Positions 9,844 through 21,906 of a stretch of 64,000 nucleotides of DNA are shown piece by piece. The stretch is from Gemmatimonadaceae bacterium. Its GTDB lineage: Bacteria; Gemmatimonadota; Gemmatimonadetes; Gemmatimonadales; Gemmatimonadaceae. Location of the stretch: positions 24,863-88,862 of the forward strand of contig JANRJP010000102.1 in the NCBI GenBank assembly GCA_033763905.1, written 5' to 3'. Both the position numbers and the translations under genes were made by a program. The notes under the pieces were generated by a model. It did no database searches and was not told the DNA's origin. It worked only from the letters and a program-made list of their open reading frames with translations. Position 1 is the stretch's first letter, and the number at the start of each line of letters is the position of its first letter.

Positions 9844-10650
9844 ATGCCGGAGGCGACGACGCCGTCTGGCGGGGTCGCCCCTTACGCCAGAACACGGGGA
9901 CGAGTGCCGAGTACCAGAACGCCGACGAGCCGCCCGAAGAGTACCAAAGCCGCCGCGCGGCCGCCCAAGCGCACTCGCACCGCCACCAAGGCGCGCGCCG
10001 CCGCCGCGTCGCGGATGATCCGCGTGACCGAGTGGGAGTTGCAACGGATTCTGCTCGATATTCACGACGGACCGGTGCAGTCGATGTATGCGGCGCTGTC
10101 GCAGTTGGATCTGCTCCGCCGCACCCTGGAGGGCTGCGAGGGCGACGGCGTCGTCGAGGCTCGCGAACGGGCGGACCGCATTCGCCGGTCGCTGGAGACC
10201 GGGTTGGCCGAGGTCCGGCAGTTCATCGGCGAGTTCCGGCCGCCCGAATTCAAGGACCGGCGGCTGTTGGAGTTGCTCGAGGCACTGGCACTGCAGCACG
10301 AAGCGGCCACCGATACGCGAGTGATGCTGGCGGTGCGATCGACCGTCCCCGAGACGGCGCTGCCCGTGAACATCGTGCTGTATCGCGTAATGCAGGAGGC
10401 GCTGTCCAATGCGTACCGCCACGGTGGGGCGCGCACGGTCCACGTGACGGTGAGCCCCGCGGGCCGAACCGCAGTACGGATGACCATTTCCGATGATGGG
10501 GCGGGGTTTGATCCGGGGGTGGAAGCCCCCGATGCACACTTTGGGCTCAAAGGGATGCGAGATCGCGTCGAGATGATTGGCGGGCGATTCGGCCTCACGA
10601 GCCGCCTGGGGCGGGGAACGCAGGTCGCCGTCGAGGTACCGCTTCGATGA
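9844..10650 (+). CDS. soluble NarL/DesK-class sensor histidine kinase (HisKA_3 + HATPase_c) with basic disordered N-terminus
   Basis: ORF 9754..10650. I prefer ATG 9844 because it avoids overlap with pfpI. H-box ILLDIHDGPVQSM, N-box MQEALSNAYRHG, G-boxes SDDGAGFD and FGLKGMRDRVEMIGG. No TM segment or recognisable sensor domain. Confidence 0.85.
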   Translation: MPEATTPSGGVAPYARTRGRVPSTRTPTSRPKSTKAAARPPKRTRTATKARAAAASRMIRVTEWELQRILLDIHDGPVQSMYAALSQLDLLRRTLEGCEGDGVVEARERADRIRRSLETGLAEVRQFIGEFRPPEFKDRRLLELLEALALQHEAATDTRVMLAVRSTVPETALPVNIVLYRVMQEALSNAYRHGGARTVHVTVSPAGRTAVRMTISDDGAGFDPGVEAPDAHFGLKGMRDRVEMIGGRFGLTSRLGRGTQVAVEVPLR

Positions 10651-11279
10651 CCAAGATCCGCGTCGTATTGGCCGACGACCACGAGTTGGTGCTCGAAGGA
10701 CTCCGCGCGCTGCTGTCCGCGGAACGGGACATTGAAGTGCTGGCGACGACGACGAGTGGCGAGCAGTTGGTGGAACTGGTGCGCAAGCACAAGCCCGATG
10801 TCGCGGTGCTCGACCTCGAAATGGGCCCGATGAGCGGGCTGGCCTGCCTGTCGAAGATCCGCGCCGAGAAGTTGCCGGTCCGAGTGCTGGTGCTGACCGC
10901 GTACAACGATGGCGCGAGTATCCGTGCCGCGCTGGAGGGCGGTGCGGACGGATTCGCGCTGAAGACGGAGCCGCCGCAGCAGACGGTGTCGAGCGTGCGG
11001 CAGGTGGTGCGGGGGCAACTCGTGTTTCCGGCCGCGGCCAAGCGGTGGCTGCTTGGGCGTCAGGCGCCGCCGGATCCGGAAAAGCTCACCGAGCGGGAGC
11101 AAGCCGTGCTGGCGCTCGTGGCCGAGGGCGTCACCAACGCCGAGATCGCGCGGCAACTTCGCGTGTCGGAAAACACCGTGAAGTTCCACCTGCAGAACCT
11201 GTATCTGAAGCTCGGGGTCTCGAACCGGACGGAAGCGGCGGCGCACTTCCTGCGCGAGCGGGCGTTGCGGCGGTCGTGA
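10647..11279 (+). CDS. NarL/LuxR-family response regulator
   Basis: 210-aa ORF, ATGA-coupled to the kinase. Receiver domain (IRVVLADDHELV..., DVAVLDLEMGPMSG) plus LuxR HTH (LTEREQAVLALVAEGVTNAEIARQLRVSENTVKFHLQNLYLKLGV). Confidence 0.92.
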   Translation: MTKIRVVLADDHELVLEGLRALLSAERDIEVLATTTSGEQLVELVRKHKPDVAVLDLEMGPMSGLACLSKIRAEKLPVRVLVLTAYNDGASIRAALEGGADGFALKTEPPQQTVSSVRQVVRGQLVFPAAAKRWLLGRQAPPDPEKLTEREQAVLALVAEGVTNAEIARQLRVSENTVKFHLQNLYLKLGVSNRTEAAAHFLRERALRRS

Positions 11280-11325
11280 GGCTGCTGGTCGGATCACGGC
11301 GGCCACGCAGTCAATCCGAACGAAA

Positions 11326-11353
11326 AACGCCCCGCCGATACTGGCGGGGCGTT
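11326..11353 (-). terminator. rho-independent terminator hairpin (perfect 11-bp stem) between convergent genes
   Basis: aacgccccgcc (11326-11336), loop gatact, ggcggggcgtt (11343-11353). On the minus strand the hairpin is followed by TTTTTCG (complement of cgaaaaa at 11321-11327), so it best fits the small minus-strand ORF. It may also stop the response-regulator transcript. Confidence 0.6.
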
Positions 11354-11375
11354 CTGCTTGCAGGCCGCGTGCCGC

Positions 11376-11528
11376 TCAGGCCTTCTTGTCCTGCAGCCAG
11401 GTCAGCGGAATGATGAACAGCGGGGTCAGGAACGTCACGAGAAGGACGTTGATCCAGATCAGCGCGGTGTAGTACGCGCCCATCCCGAGACCAGCCCACA
11501 GCATTCCAAGCGCACCGTTGCTCTGCAC
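11376..11528 (-). CDS. 50-aa hydrophobic small protein (below ORF-track cutoff)
   Basis: Hand translation gives V-QSNGALGMLWAGLGMGAYYTALIWINVLLVTFLTPLFIIPLTWLQDKKA-stop. GTG at 11528-11526 is preceded on the minus strand by AAGGAGAG, with GGAG ending 8 nt upstream. High GC3, and the terminator hairpin lies directly downstream. Confidence 0.45.
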   Translation of the reverse strand: MQSNGALGMLWAGLGMGAYYTALIWINVLLVTFLTPLFIIPLTWLQDKKA

Positions 11529-11656
11529 GAGATTCTCTCCTTGAGGGTGACCCAGCGGGGCGAAAACTAGCGACCCCCGGTTTCCGGGCGCCAGTCGTTA
11601 CCTCGAGTTAATGGCCGGCCACCCCCGGCCCGTTCCCGTGCTACGATTCGCATCCG

Positions 11657-12946
11657 ATGGCCAGGCGTACGAATCCCGTCGAGCTCGCGGTCACGGCGGG
11701 GGTGGCAGGTGCCGCCCCCGGGGGGCTCGTGGTGGCCGTGTCGGGTGGCCGGGATTCTATGGTCCTGCTCCACGCCATTCGCGCGCTGTCGCTGTCAGAC
11801 CGGGTGGCGACAGTCGCCGTGTTCGACCACCGAGCCTCGGCCGAGACGTCCGCGGCGGCACGCGACGCCGCGGCCATTGCCCAGCGCTGGGGTTTTCGGG
11901 CCGTCATCGGGACGCCCGAACATCCGATGCCGGCGGCGTCGGAGGCCGAGTGGCGACGGGCCCGGTGGGAGTTCCTCCGCGCAGCCGCGGCGCCGCTCGG
12001 GGCGCTGGTGGTAACGGCCCACACCCAGGACGATCACGTGGAAACCGTCGCGTACCGCCTCTGGCGCGGGAGTGGCCCCCGCGGGCTTGCCGGTCTCGAC
12101 GTGGACGGTAGCCCCCTCCGCCCGCTGTTGGGGGTGCCGCGGGCTGCCGTCGCGGCGTACGCCGCCGCGCACGACGTCCCGTGGGCGGCGGACCCGTCGA
12201 ACGAGGACCGGCGGTACGCCCGCGTGCGCTGGCGGCACGAGCTGCTCCCGGCGATCGCGCGGGTGCGCCCCGAATTCCGGGATGAGCTGCTCGGGATTGC
12301 CACGCGCGCTGCGGCGTGGCGACGCGAGGCCGAACGCTGGGTGCACCGCGCGGTGCGGTTCGACCCGATGGCCGAGGGCACCCTGCTGGTGTCGGACGAG
12401 CTTGCTCAGGCGCGGCCGCGAGACGCGGCGTGGCTCTGGCCGGCCGTGCTCGCGCCGCTGGGGATTCGCCTCGACCGCCGGGGCATTGCGCGGCTCGCCG
12501 CCTCCGTGCCGCCGGGGCGCCGGTTGCCGCTCACGGGCGGCTGGGAACTGTTCCGCGTCGCCACGAGTCAGTGGTGGGTACGTCGTGACGCAGGGCAGAC
12601 GCTGGCGCCGGTCGACGTCCCGCTGTCCGGGGACGTCCGCTTCGGCGACTGGGACTTCACCCCGGTCGCGGGACCTGGTGACGCAAGTCCTTGGCACGGC
12701 CGGGTCCCTGCCCACATTGATACAGTGGTCCGCGTGTGGCAGCCTGGCGACCGGCTGGTCGGCGCACACGGTCCACGTCGCGTGAAACGCTGGTTGTCCG
12801 ATGCCGGGATTCACGGGCCGCTGCGCGCGCGGTGGCCGGTGGTGGCCACCGGCGCGAACGTCTGGTGGATTCCCGGTGTACAAGTGGCGGTTGTGCCGCC
12901 CGAGCTCCCTTGCCTCGCCTATGTCTGTCGCCGTCGAACCGAATGA
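11657..12946 (+). CDS. tilS: tRNA(Ile)-lysidine synthetase
   Basis: 429-aa ORF with PP-loop VAVSGGRDSMVLLH. The conserved tilS-hpt-ftsH order follows. Confidence 0.9.
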   Translation: MARRTNPVELAVTAGVAGAAPGGLVVAVSGGRDSMVLLHAIRALSLSDRVATVAVFDHRASAETSAAARDAAAIAQRWGFRAVIGTPEHPMPAASEAEWRRARWEFLRAAAAPLGALVVTAHTQDDHVETVAYRLWRGSGPRGLAGLDVDGSPLRPLLGVPRAAVAAYAAAHDVPWAADPSNEDRRYARVRWRHELLPAIARVRPEFRDELLGIATRAAAWRREAERWVHRAVRFDPMAEGTLLVSDELAQARPRDAAWLWPAVLAPLGIRLDRRGIARLAASVPPGRRLPLTGGWELFRVATSQWWVRRDAGQTLAPVDVPLSGDVRFGDWDFTPVAGPGDASPWHGRVPAHIDTVVRVWQPGDRLVGAHGPRRVKRWLSDAGIHGPLRARWPVVATGANVWWIPGVQVAVVPPELPCLAYVCRRRTE

Positions 12947-12956
12947 TCCGCGCCTG

Positions 12957-13478
12957 ATGGGGCGCACCGTACACCGCGTCGCGTTCTCCGCGCAGGAGAT
13001 TGCGGCGCGGGTCGAGCGCTTGGGCGCGGAGATCACGGCGCACTACGGGGACGGCGAACTGCTGATGCTGGGGCTGCTCAAGGGCTCGTTCATCTTCCTC
13101 GCCGATCTTGCCCGTTCGGTGCGGCGTCCGGCGCAGCTCGATTTCATTGTCGCGTCGTCGTACGGGAACGCGACAGTGTCAAGCGGCACGGTGCGGTTGC
13201 TCTACGATCCCGAGACGCCGCTTGCCGGCAAGCACATTCTGTTGGTTGAGGACATCGTCGATTCCGGACGTACCCTGCAGTGTCTGATCGACCTGCTGCA
13301 GGCCCGTCGGCCGGCGTCGCTCGAGATCTGCGCGTTGCTGCACAAGCGCATCGCGACGGAGCTCAAGCACGAACCCAAGTTCATCGGGTTCGATGCCCCG
13401 CACGAATTCCTGGTCGGGTACGGACTCGACCACGCGGAGCAGTTCCGTCACCTCCCGTATATCGCCAGTCTGGCCTAG
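12957..13478 (+). CDS. hpt: hypoxanthine phosphoribosyltransferase
   Basis: ORF 12801..13478. ATG 12957 (MGRTVHRVAFSAQEIAARVERLG...) aligns with the E. coli Hpt N-terminus as I recall it (MKHTVEVMIPEAEIKARI...). ATG 12921 is the alternative. PRPP motif ILLVEDIVDSGRTL, C-terminus FLVGYGLDHAEQFRHLPYI. Confidence 0.9.
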   Translation: MGRTVHRVAFSAQEIAARVERLGAEITAHYGDGELLMLGLLKGSFIFLADLARSVRRPAQLDFIVASSYGNATVSSGTVRLLYDPETPLAGKHILLVEDIVDSGRTLQCLIDLLQARRPASLEICALLHKRIATELKHEPKFIGFDAPHEFLVGYGLDHAEQFRHLPYIASLA

Positions 13479-13488
13479 CTTCCGACTT

Positions 13489-15468
<1,980 letters not shown>

Positions 15469-15578
15469 GTTCGGGTCGGCGCGGGCGGTTGGCGGGGCTC
15501 GCTGTGCACTCCGGTGCGCGGCGGGCCCCGCTGGCCTTCGGGGCACGTTCCCGCGGGCAAGTGTGGTAAATTCCCGAG

Positions 15579-16265
15579 ATGCACTTTCCCGAGTTCAACG
15601 ACCGGCTGGCTGACGCTCGCGCGCGCATCGAGGATGCCCGCGCCCGCGGTGGGCACGGGCAGTCGGTGACGCTGGTGGCGGTGACCAAGACGCACGGGCC
15701 CGAGGCCGTGCAGACCGCGTACGCAGCCGGCATTACCGACGTCGGCGAGAACAAGGTGCAGGAAGCACAGGACAAGATGGCGCAGGTGGCGGCGCCGGTC
15801 CGCTGGCATCTGATCGGGCATCTGCAGCGCAACAAGGTGAAGTTCACTGGGCCGTTTGCGCTGATTCACGGCGTCGATAGTCGGCGACTCGCCGAGGCGA
15901 TCGACGAGTTCGCCCGCAAGCGCGGTGTCGTCGCCGAGGTGCTGATGCAGGTGAACGTGTCCGGCGAGGCTACGAAGGGCGGATTGGCGCCCGACGAATG
16001 GCCGGCCGAAGCCGACGCGTGGCGCGGGCTCACCGGGCTGCGCGTGCGCGGCGTGATGACGATGGCGCCCTTCGGTGCGGCGGAATCGGAGTTGCGACGC
16101 GTGTTTGCCGGTGCGCGCGCCGCGCGCGACGTGCTGCGCGCGGCAGGGCACCCGGCGGACGAGTTGTCGATGGGCATGAGTGAGGACTATCCGGTTGCAG
16201 TGGAGGAGGGCGCCACAATGGTGCGCCTCGGCACTGCACTCTTTGGGGCGAGGACGACGCAGTGA
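15579..16265 (+). CDS. yggS: YggS-family pyridoxal-phosphate homeostasis protein
   Basis: 228-aa ORF with PLP lysine context LVAVTKTHG, plus [10 protein letters not shown] and LSMGMSEDY. Confidence 0.9.
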   Translation: MHFPEFNDRLADARARIEDARARGGHGQSVTLVAVTKTHGPEAVQTAYAAGITDVGENKVQEAQDKMAQVAAPVRWHLIGHLQRNKVKFTGPFALIHGVDSRRLAEAIDEFARKRGVVAEVLMQVNVSGEATKGGLAPDEWPAEADAWRGLTGLRVRGVMTMAPFGAAESELRRVFAGARAARDVLRAAGHPADELSMGMSEDYPVAVEEGATMVRLGTALFGARTTQ

Positions 16266-16867
16266 CCGACGATCCGTTTCGACTCACACCGCTCGATGTG
16301 CGACGGTACGATTTCGGCAGCGCGCTGCGCGGCTACGACAAGACGCGCGTCGATCAGTTCCGCGATCAAGTCGCCGACGAACTCGAGCGCGTGTCGCGGC
16401 AGGTGGTCGATCTCGAGACGCGGGCGAACGGGTTTCTGGAACAGCTCCGCGCGTTCCGCGAGCGCGACAAGGCGCTGAACGAAGCGCTGGTCTCGGCGCA
16501 GCAGCTGCGCGCGGAGATCCGCGAGCAGGCGGAGCGCGAGTCGTCGCTGATCCTTCGGGAAGCGCGCGCCGAAGCCGAGCGCATCATCGATGCCGCGCGG
16601 CATCAGGTCCAGTCGTTGCGGAGCGAGGCGGAGTACCTCGAGAAGCAGCGGCGTACCCACCTCCTGCAGCTGCGCGCGATGACCGAACGGCAGCTGGCGG
16701 AGGTCGAGGCAATGCTGGCCACGGCGCCGGGCGAGGCGGTGACGCCGACGGCCGATGCGCCGCCGGCGCGGGCCTCGGTGCCGTCGGCGGCCGCGATGCC
16801 GGCGCCGACGCCGTCGTCGTGGCTCGACGCGCCCGCCGGGGATTCCGGCGAGGACGCCGAGGCGTGA
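16262..16867 (+). CDS. divIVA: DivIVA domain-containing protein
   Basis: 201-aa ORF, GTGA-coupled to yggS. N-terminal DivIVA signature [30 protein letters not shown] followed by a coiled-coil region. Confidence 0.85.
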   Translation: MTDDPFRLTPLDVRRYDFGSALRGYDKTRVDQFRDQVADELERVSRQVVDLETRANGFLEQLRAFRERDKALNEALVSAQQLRAEIREQAERESSLILREARAEAERIIDAARHQVQSLRSEAEYLEKQRRTHLLQLRAMTERQLAEVEAMLATAPGEAVTPTADAPPARASVPSAAAMPAPTPSSWLDAPAGDSGEDAEA

Positions 16868-17706
16868 GTGGGGTCACGGTGGCGGGGACGCACAGCCGCG
16901 AGGCCATCGGCCGCGCGGCGGACGCCGTGCGCGCGCGCTGGGGCAAGACGCCGCAGGCGGCGTTGATTCTCGGGACGGGACTCGGCGCGCTCGGACGCGA
17001 GATCGCGATCGAGGCGACGATTCCGTACGACGAGATCCCGGGCTTCCTGCTCTCCACCGTGGAGTCGCACGCCGGCCGCCTCCTGTGCGGCACGCTCGGC
17101 GGCAAGACGGTCGTGGCGATGCAGGGGCGCTTGCATCGCTACGAGGGGTACTCGTTGCAGCAGGTGACCTTTCCGGTGCGCGTGCTCCGAGCGCTCGGCG
17201 CCGACACGCTGATCGTCTCTAACGCCTGCGGGGGAATGCACCCGCTGTGGGCGCCGGGCGACTTGATGCTGATGGCCGATCACCTGAACCTGCTCGGCGA
17301 CAATCCGCTGATCGGGCCCAACGACGAGTCGCTCGGGCCACGGTTCCCGGATATGAGCGCGCCGTACGACGCCGCGCTGCGCGACCACGCCCGCGCGGTG
17401 GCGGCGGCGCAGGGCATCACGCTGCGCGAGGGCGTGTATGTGGCGGTGCCCGGCCCGAATCTCGAGACGCGGGCGGAGTACCGGATGCTGCGCGCGCTCG
17501 GTGCCGATGTCGTGGGGATGAGTACCGTCCCCGAAGTGATCGTGGCCGTGCACGGCGGGATGCGCGTGCTCGGCGTGTCGATCATCACCGATCAATGCCT
17601 CCCCGACGCGCTCGAGCCCGCCACGCTCGAGAAGATCGTCGCGGTGGCCACTGCCGCTGAACCGCATTTGACCACCGTCGTCCGCGGCGTGTTGGAGCGC
17701 TTGTGA
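16864..17706 (+). CDS. purine nucleoside phosphorylase (trimeric PunA/PNP type)
   Basis: GTG 16864 (GTGA overlap with the divIVA stop) in the frame of ORF 16180..17706. [46 protein letters not shown]. The upstream part of the long ORF overlaps divIVA and is Arg/Ala junk. Confidence 0.9.
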   Translation: MSGVTVAGTHSREAIGRAADAVRARWGKTPQAALILGTGLGALGREIAIEATIPYDEIPGFLLSTVESHAGRLLCGTLGGKTVVAMQGRLHRYEGYSLQQVTFPVRVLRALGADTLIVSNACGGMHPLWAPGDLMLMADHLNLLGDNPLIGPNDESLGPRFPDMSAPYDAALRDHARAVAAAQGITLREGVYVAVPGPNLETRAEYRMLRALGADVVGMSTVPEVIVAVHGGMRVLGVSIITDQCLPDALEPATLEKIVAVATAAEPHLTTVVRGVLERL

Positions 17707-20700
17707 CTGCCCCTGCCGAACTGAAGTTCCGCCCGTTGCCCGCCGAGCAGTCGGCGCGCGAGCTCGAAGAATCCCTCCTGGTGAAGTGGAAGGAGGAACG
17801 ACTCGTCGAGCGCGCGCTCGCCGACAAGCCGGGCGCACCGTCATTCGTGTTCTACGACGGCCCGCCGACGGCCAACGGCAAGCCGGGCATTCACCACGTG
17901 TTCGCCCGCACCACCAAGGACCTGTTCGCGCGGCATCGCGCGATGCACGGCTATTGGGTGCCGCGCAAGGCGGGCTGGGACACGCACGGGCTTCCGGTCG
18001 AGATCGAAGTCGAGAAGCGCCTCGGCATCAAGGGCAAGCAGGAGATCGAAGCGCTCGGCGTCGAGAAGTTCAACGCGCTCTGCCGCGAGAGCGTGTGGAC
18101 CTACAAGGGCGAGTGGGAGCGGCTCGTGGAGCGCATCGCCCATTGGCTCGACTATTCGGATCCGTACATCACGTACTCGAAGGAGTACGTCGAAAGCGAA
18201 TGGTGGGCGCTCAAGACGCTGCACCAGAAGGGGCTGCTCACGCGCGGGCACAAGATTCTGCCGTACTGCCCGCGCTGCGGCACCGCGCTGTCGAGCCACG
18301 AAGTCGCGCAGGGTTACGAGGACGTCGAGGATCCCAGCGTCTACATCGCGCTCGATCTCGTCGACGATGCGCCGGTGTCGCCGGTGCGCGCGTCGGTCGA
18401 CGGGCCCGGCGCGCAGGCCGCGGAGCGCGCCGATCTGGCGCCGGCTCCAGCGAATGGCCGTCGCCGACTGATCGTCTGGACGACCACGCCGTGGACGCTC
18501 GTGTCCAACGTGGCGCTGGCGGTGAACCCCGAGCTCACCTACGCCGAACTGCGCAAGAAGAGGGGCAGTGACTTCACGGTGATTCTGGCGGAGCCGCGCG
18601 TACCCGGCGTGCTTGGCGCCGACTGGGCCGATCGATGGGACGTCGTCGGCACGATGACCGGTGCGCAGCTGGCCGGTCGCAAGTATCGGCGACCGCTCGA
18701 CTGGCTGCCGTATCCGGACATCGGCGCGTCGGAAGTCATCGTGGCCGAGAGCTTCGTGTCGGCGGACGACGGCTCGGGCATCGTGCATATGGCGCCCGCC
18801 TTCGGTGCCGACGACTACGCGGCGGGGCAGCGGCACGGCCTGGCCTTCCTGCAGCCCGTGAATGCGCGCGGCGAGTTCCCGAACGACCTGCCGCTCGTGG
18901 GCGGGCAGTTCGTCAAGCACGCCGATGCCGCGATCATCGAGGAGCTCGAGCGGCGCGATGTTCTGTGGAAGGCGTCGCGCTTCGTGCACGCGTATCCGCA
19001 TTGCTGGCGCTGCCGCACGCCGCTGCTCTACTACGCCCGCTCGTCGTGGTTCGTGAAGACCACGGCCGTGAAGGACCGGATGCTCGCGCGCAACGCGCAG
19101 GTGGATTGGCATCCGCCGGAAACCGGCGCGGGTCGATTTGGCGAGTGGCTCACGAACAACGTCGATTGGGCCATTTCCCGGGATCGTTTCTGGGGCACGC
19201 CGCTCCCGGTGTGGGTAAATGACGAGAATCCCGATGAGCTCGAGGTCATCGGCTCGTACGAGGAACTCTTCGCGCGGGTCGGCACGCCGATGCCCGCGGA
19301 TTTCGACCCGCACAAGCCGGGTGTCGATCAGTACACCTGGCCGTCGCCGACCGGGAAGGGCACGATGCGCCGCGTGCCGGAAGTGATCGACACGTGGTTC
19401 GATTCGGGCTCGATGCCGTTCGCCCAGCATCACTATCCGTTCGAGAATCGCGAGGCGGTCGAGCGGCAGTTCCCGGCCGACTTCATCGCGGAAGGCGTCG
19501 ACCAGACGCGCGGGTGGTTCTACTCGCTGCTGGCGATCGCGACCGGTCTCGGCGACGCGCTGCCGAACAACGGCGGCGACAAGGCCTCACCGTATCGCGC
19601 GGTGGTCGTGAACGACCTCGTGCTCGATGCGCAGGGTCGCAAGATGTCCAAGAGCCGCGGCAACGTCGTGGATCCGTGGCAGGTCATCAATACGCACGGA
19701 GCCGATGCCGTCCGGCTGTTCCTCGTCGCTGCGGGGCAGGTGTGGAAGCCGCGCGCCTTCGACGAACGCGCGATCCGCGAGACGATCGGCGGCTTCCTGC
19801 TGACGTTGCGCAACGTGTATCGGTTCTTCGCCGATCTCGCGAACTTCGGCTGGGCCCCCTCGGCGGCGGACCCCGCGCCGGCGTCGCGCCCGGTGATCGA
19901 CCGCTGGATGCTGAGCCGACTTGCGGCCGTCGAAGCCGATGTCGATCAGTCCCTGCAGGACTTCGACGCCACCAACGCCGCGCAGTTGCTGATTACCTTC
20001 GTCGTCGAAGACGTCTCGAAGTGGTACGTGCGGCTCACGCGGGACCGGTTCTACGCCACCGATACCGACGACGCGCGCGCGGCGTTTGCCACGCTGCACG
20101 AGACACTGGTGGTGACCTGCCGCTTGCTCGCGCCGTTTGCGCCGTTCCTGAGCGATTGGCTGCACCGCGAACTCACGGGTGACACGGTGCACTTGGCACG
20201 GTACACGCGCGCGGACGTGCCGCGGGACGTGACGCTCGAGCTCGCGATGGAAGAGGCGCGGACGCTCGTGCGGCTCGGCCGTGCCGCGCGCGAGACCGTG
20301 GGCATTGGCGTGCGCCAGCCGTTGGGCCGGATGGTCTGCGTCGCGCCCGCGTTGCCGCATCACCTCGAGGACGCGCTCCTGCCGTATGTGGCGCAGGAGC
20401 TCAACATCAAGCGGGTCGAGACGGCCCGATCGGCCGACGCCCTGGTGACGCTCGAAGCCAAGGGCAACTTCCGCACGCTGGGCAAGAAGTTCGGCAAGGC
20501 CACGCCCGACGCGGCGGCCCAGATCGCGGCGCTGTCGTCGGATCAGCTCCGGGCGTTCGAACGGGGCGAGGTCCTCGAACTCACCGCCGGCGGGGCGACC
20601 GTCGCGTTGGCCGCCGAGGACGTGCTGATCCAGCGCCGAGCCACGGGGGCGTTCGTCGTGCAGGAGGACGGCGGACGCTTTGCCGCGATCGACCCCGAGG

Positions 20701-20984
20701 TCACCGACGCCCTGCGGTCGGAGGGGTACGCCCGCGAGCTGTTGAGCCGAGTCCAGCGGCTCCGGAAGGAGTCCGGGCTGGCCCTGAGCGACCGGATTCG
20801 GCTGGCCGTCCAGGGGGATGCCCCGCTGGCCGACGCCGCCCGGACGCACGGGGGGTGGATTGCCGCTGAAACCCTTGCAGTTGACTACCTTGTAGGCGAA
20901 TTGCCGACAGGCCCGGACGTCTTCACCGCGCAGGTGGAGCTCGACGGCGTCACCGGCGCGATCGCCATCACCCGAACCGCCTGA
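17703..20984 (+). CDS. ileS: isoleucine--tRNA ligase (long, type 2-like)
   Basis: 1093-aa ORF, GTGA-coupled to PNP. HIGH-region [15 protein letters not shown] loop [10 protein letters not shown], editing-domain WTTTPWT. Confidence 0.97.
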   Translation: MTAPAELKFRPLPAEQSARELEESLLVKWKEERLVERALADKPGAPSFVFYDGPPTANGKPGIHHVFARTTKDLFARHRAMHGYWVPRKAGWDTHGLPVEIEVEKRLGIKGKQEIEALGVEKFNALCRESVWTYKGEWERLVERIAHWLDYSDPYITYSKEYVESEWWALKTLHQKGLLTRGHKILPYCPRCGTALSSHEVAQGYEDVEDPSVYIALDLVDDAPVSPVRASVDGPGAQAAERADLAPAPANGRRRLIVWTTTPWTLVSNVALAVNPELTYAELRKKRGSDFTVILAEPRVPGVLGADWADRWDVVGTMTGAQLAGRKYRRPLDWLPYPDIGASEVIVAESFVSADDGSGIVHMAPAFGADDYAAGQRHGLAFLQPVNARGEFPNDLPLVGGQFVKHADAAIIEELERRDVLWKASRFVHAYPHCWRCRTPLLYYARSSWFVKTTAVKDRMLARNAQVDWHPPETGAGRFGEWLTNNVDWAISRDRFWGTPLPVWVNDENPDELEVIGSYEELFARVGTPMPADFDPHKPGVDQYTWPSPTGKGTMRRVPEVIDTWFDSGSMPFAQHHYPFENREAVERQFPADFIAEGVDQTRGWFYSLLAIATGLGDALPNNGGDKASPYRAVVVNDLVLDAQGRKMSKSRGNVVDPWQVINTHGADAVRLFLVAAGQVWKPRAFDERAIRETIGGFLLTLRNVYRFFADLANFGWAPSAADPAPASRPVIDRWMLSRLAAVEADVDQSLQDFDATNAAQLLITFVVEDVSKWYVRLTRDRFYATDTDDARAAFATLHETLVVTCRLLAPFAPFLSDWLHRELTGDTVHLARYTRADVPRDVTLELAMEEARTLVRLGRAARETVGIGVRQPLGRMVCVAPALPHHLEDALLPYVAQELNIKRVETARSADALVTLEAKGNFRTLGKKFGKATPDAAAQIAALSSDQLRAFERGEVLELTAGGATVALAAEDVLIQRRATGAFVVQEDGGRFAAIDPEVTDALRSEGYARELLSRVQRLRKESGLALSDRIRLAVQGDAPLADAARTHGGWIAAETLAVDYLVGELPTGPDVFTAQVELDGVTGAIAITRTA

Positions 20985-20987
20985 CCA

Positions 20988-21410
20988 ATGGCCACCAAGG
21001 GCAGCACGAAGTCCGCCGCCAAGGCGCCGCCGAATCCCGGGACGAAGAAGTTCATCGAGCACTTCGCGAAGCGATTGCACGATGAGCGGAAGCGGGTGCT
21101 CAAGGATCTCGGCTTCCAGGAAGCCAACTTCGACGGTGGTGACGGCGAAGGCTCGGCCTATTCGTTCCATATGGCCGATCAGGGCACGGACGCGATGGAG
21201 CGTGAGAAGTCCTTCCTGTTCGCGTCGAAGGAAGGGCGGTATCTGTGGCACATCGATCAGGCGTTGCGCCGGTTGTACAAGTCGCCCGACACGTTCGGGA
21301 AGTGCCACTCGTGCGGCAACGACATTCCGTTCGATCGCCTCGACGCGCTGCCGAACGCGCGGTATTGCATCAATTGCAAGCAGCTCGAGGAGCGTGAGAA
21401 GGCCAAGTAG
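20988..21410 (+). CDS. DksA/TraR-family C4 zinc-finger protein
   Basis: 140-aa ORF with CHSCGNDIPFDRLDALPNARYCINCK (CxxC-17-CxxC), in the same position as B. subtilis ylyA between ileS and lspA. Confidence 0.85.
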   Translation: MATKGSTKSAAKAPPNPGTKKFIEHFAKRLHDERKRVLKDLGFQEANFDGGDGEGSAYSFHMADQGTDAMEREKSFLFASKEGRYLWHIDQALRRLYKSPDTFGKCHSCGNDIPFDRLDALPNARYCINCKQLEEREKAK

Positions 21411-21906
21411 GGTCTTCTGGGGCACTGCCGCCCTGATCGTGCTCGCGGATCAAGGCACGAAGTGGTGGGCGGTGCGCACGCTCAGCGACGGCCCGGGGCC
21501 GATCGAAGTGATTGGCGCCTGGGCACGGCTCGCGCTGGTGTACAACCCCGGCGCGGCGTTCGGGCTGTCGATCGGGTCGTGGTCCCGTGAGGTCTTCACC
21601 GGGCTGACCCTCGTGGCGCTCGCCCTGCTGTGGCAGCTGTATCGCACGGCGTCGCCGGCGGAGCGGGGGCGGGTGTGGGCCTCGGCGTTTGTGGCGGGAG
21701 GTGCGGTCGGCAACCTCGTCGATCGGGTGCGCTCGCCGCGCGGGGTCGTGGACTTTCTGGATCTGGGGATTGGAGATGCGCGCTGGCCGACGTTCAACGT
21801 CGCGGATGTGGCCGTGAGCTGCGGCGCCTTGGCTTTGGCGTGGGTGCTGCGCGATGCCGACGACGCCGCAACGTCGGCGGCGACGATGCCGGAGGAGCGC
21901 GCGTGA
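21394..21906 (+). CDS. lspA: lipoprotein signal peptidase II, copy 1
   Basis: GTG 21394 in the frame of ORF 21082..21906 (V-RRPSRVFWGTAALIVLADQGTKWW...). Motifs YNPGAAFG, GNLVDR and FNVADVAV, so both catalytic Asp contexts are present. Confidence 0.85.
   Translation: MRRPSRVFWGTAALIVLADQGTKWWAVRTLSDGPGPIEVIGAWARLALVYNPGAAFGLSIGSWSREVFTGLTLVALALLWQLYRTASPAERGRVWASAFVAGGAVGNLVDRVRSPRGVVDFLDLGIGDARWPTFNVADVAVSCGALALAWVLRDADDAATSAATMPEERA

Noticed and set aside
16180-16863. Upstream extensions of long track ORFs: 16180-16863 (PNP), 21082-21393 (lspA), 21854-22414 (rluD), 30407-30670, 31339-31506, 31743-31847, 36276-36464 (cheR), 36719-37276 (cheD), 40123-40782, 50055-50219 (mraY), 50759-51358 (murD) and 56541-56678 (ftsQ).
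   Set aside because: These segments overlap the preceding well-supported gene in another frame and translate to low-complexity Arg/Ala/Gly sequence. In each case a GTG or ATG forming a GTGA/ATGA overlap with the upstream stop yields the conserved N-terminus.
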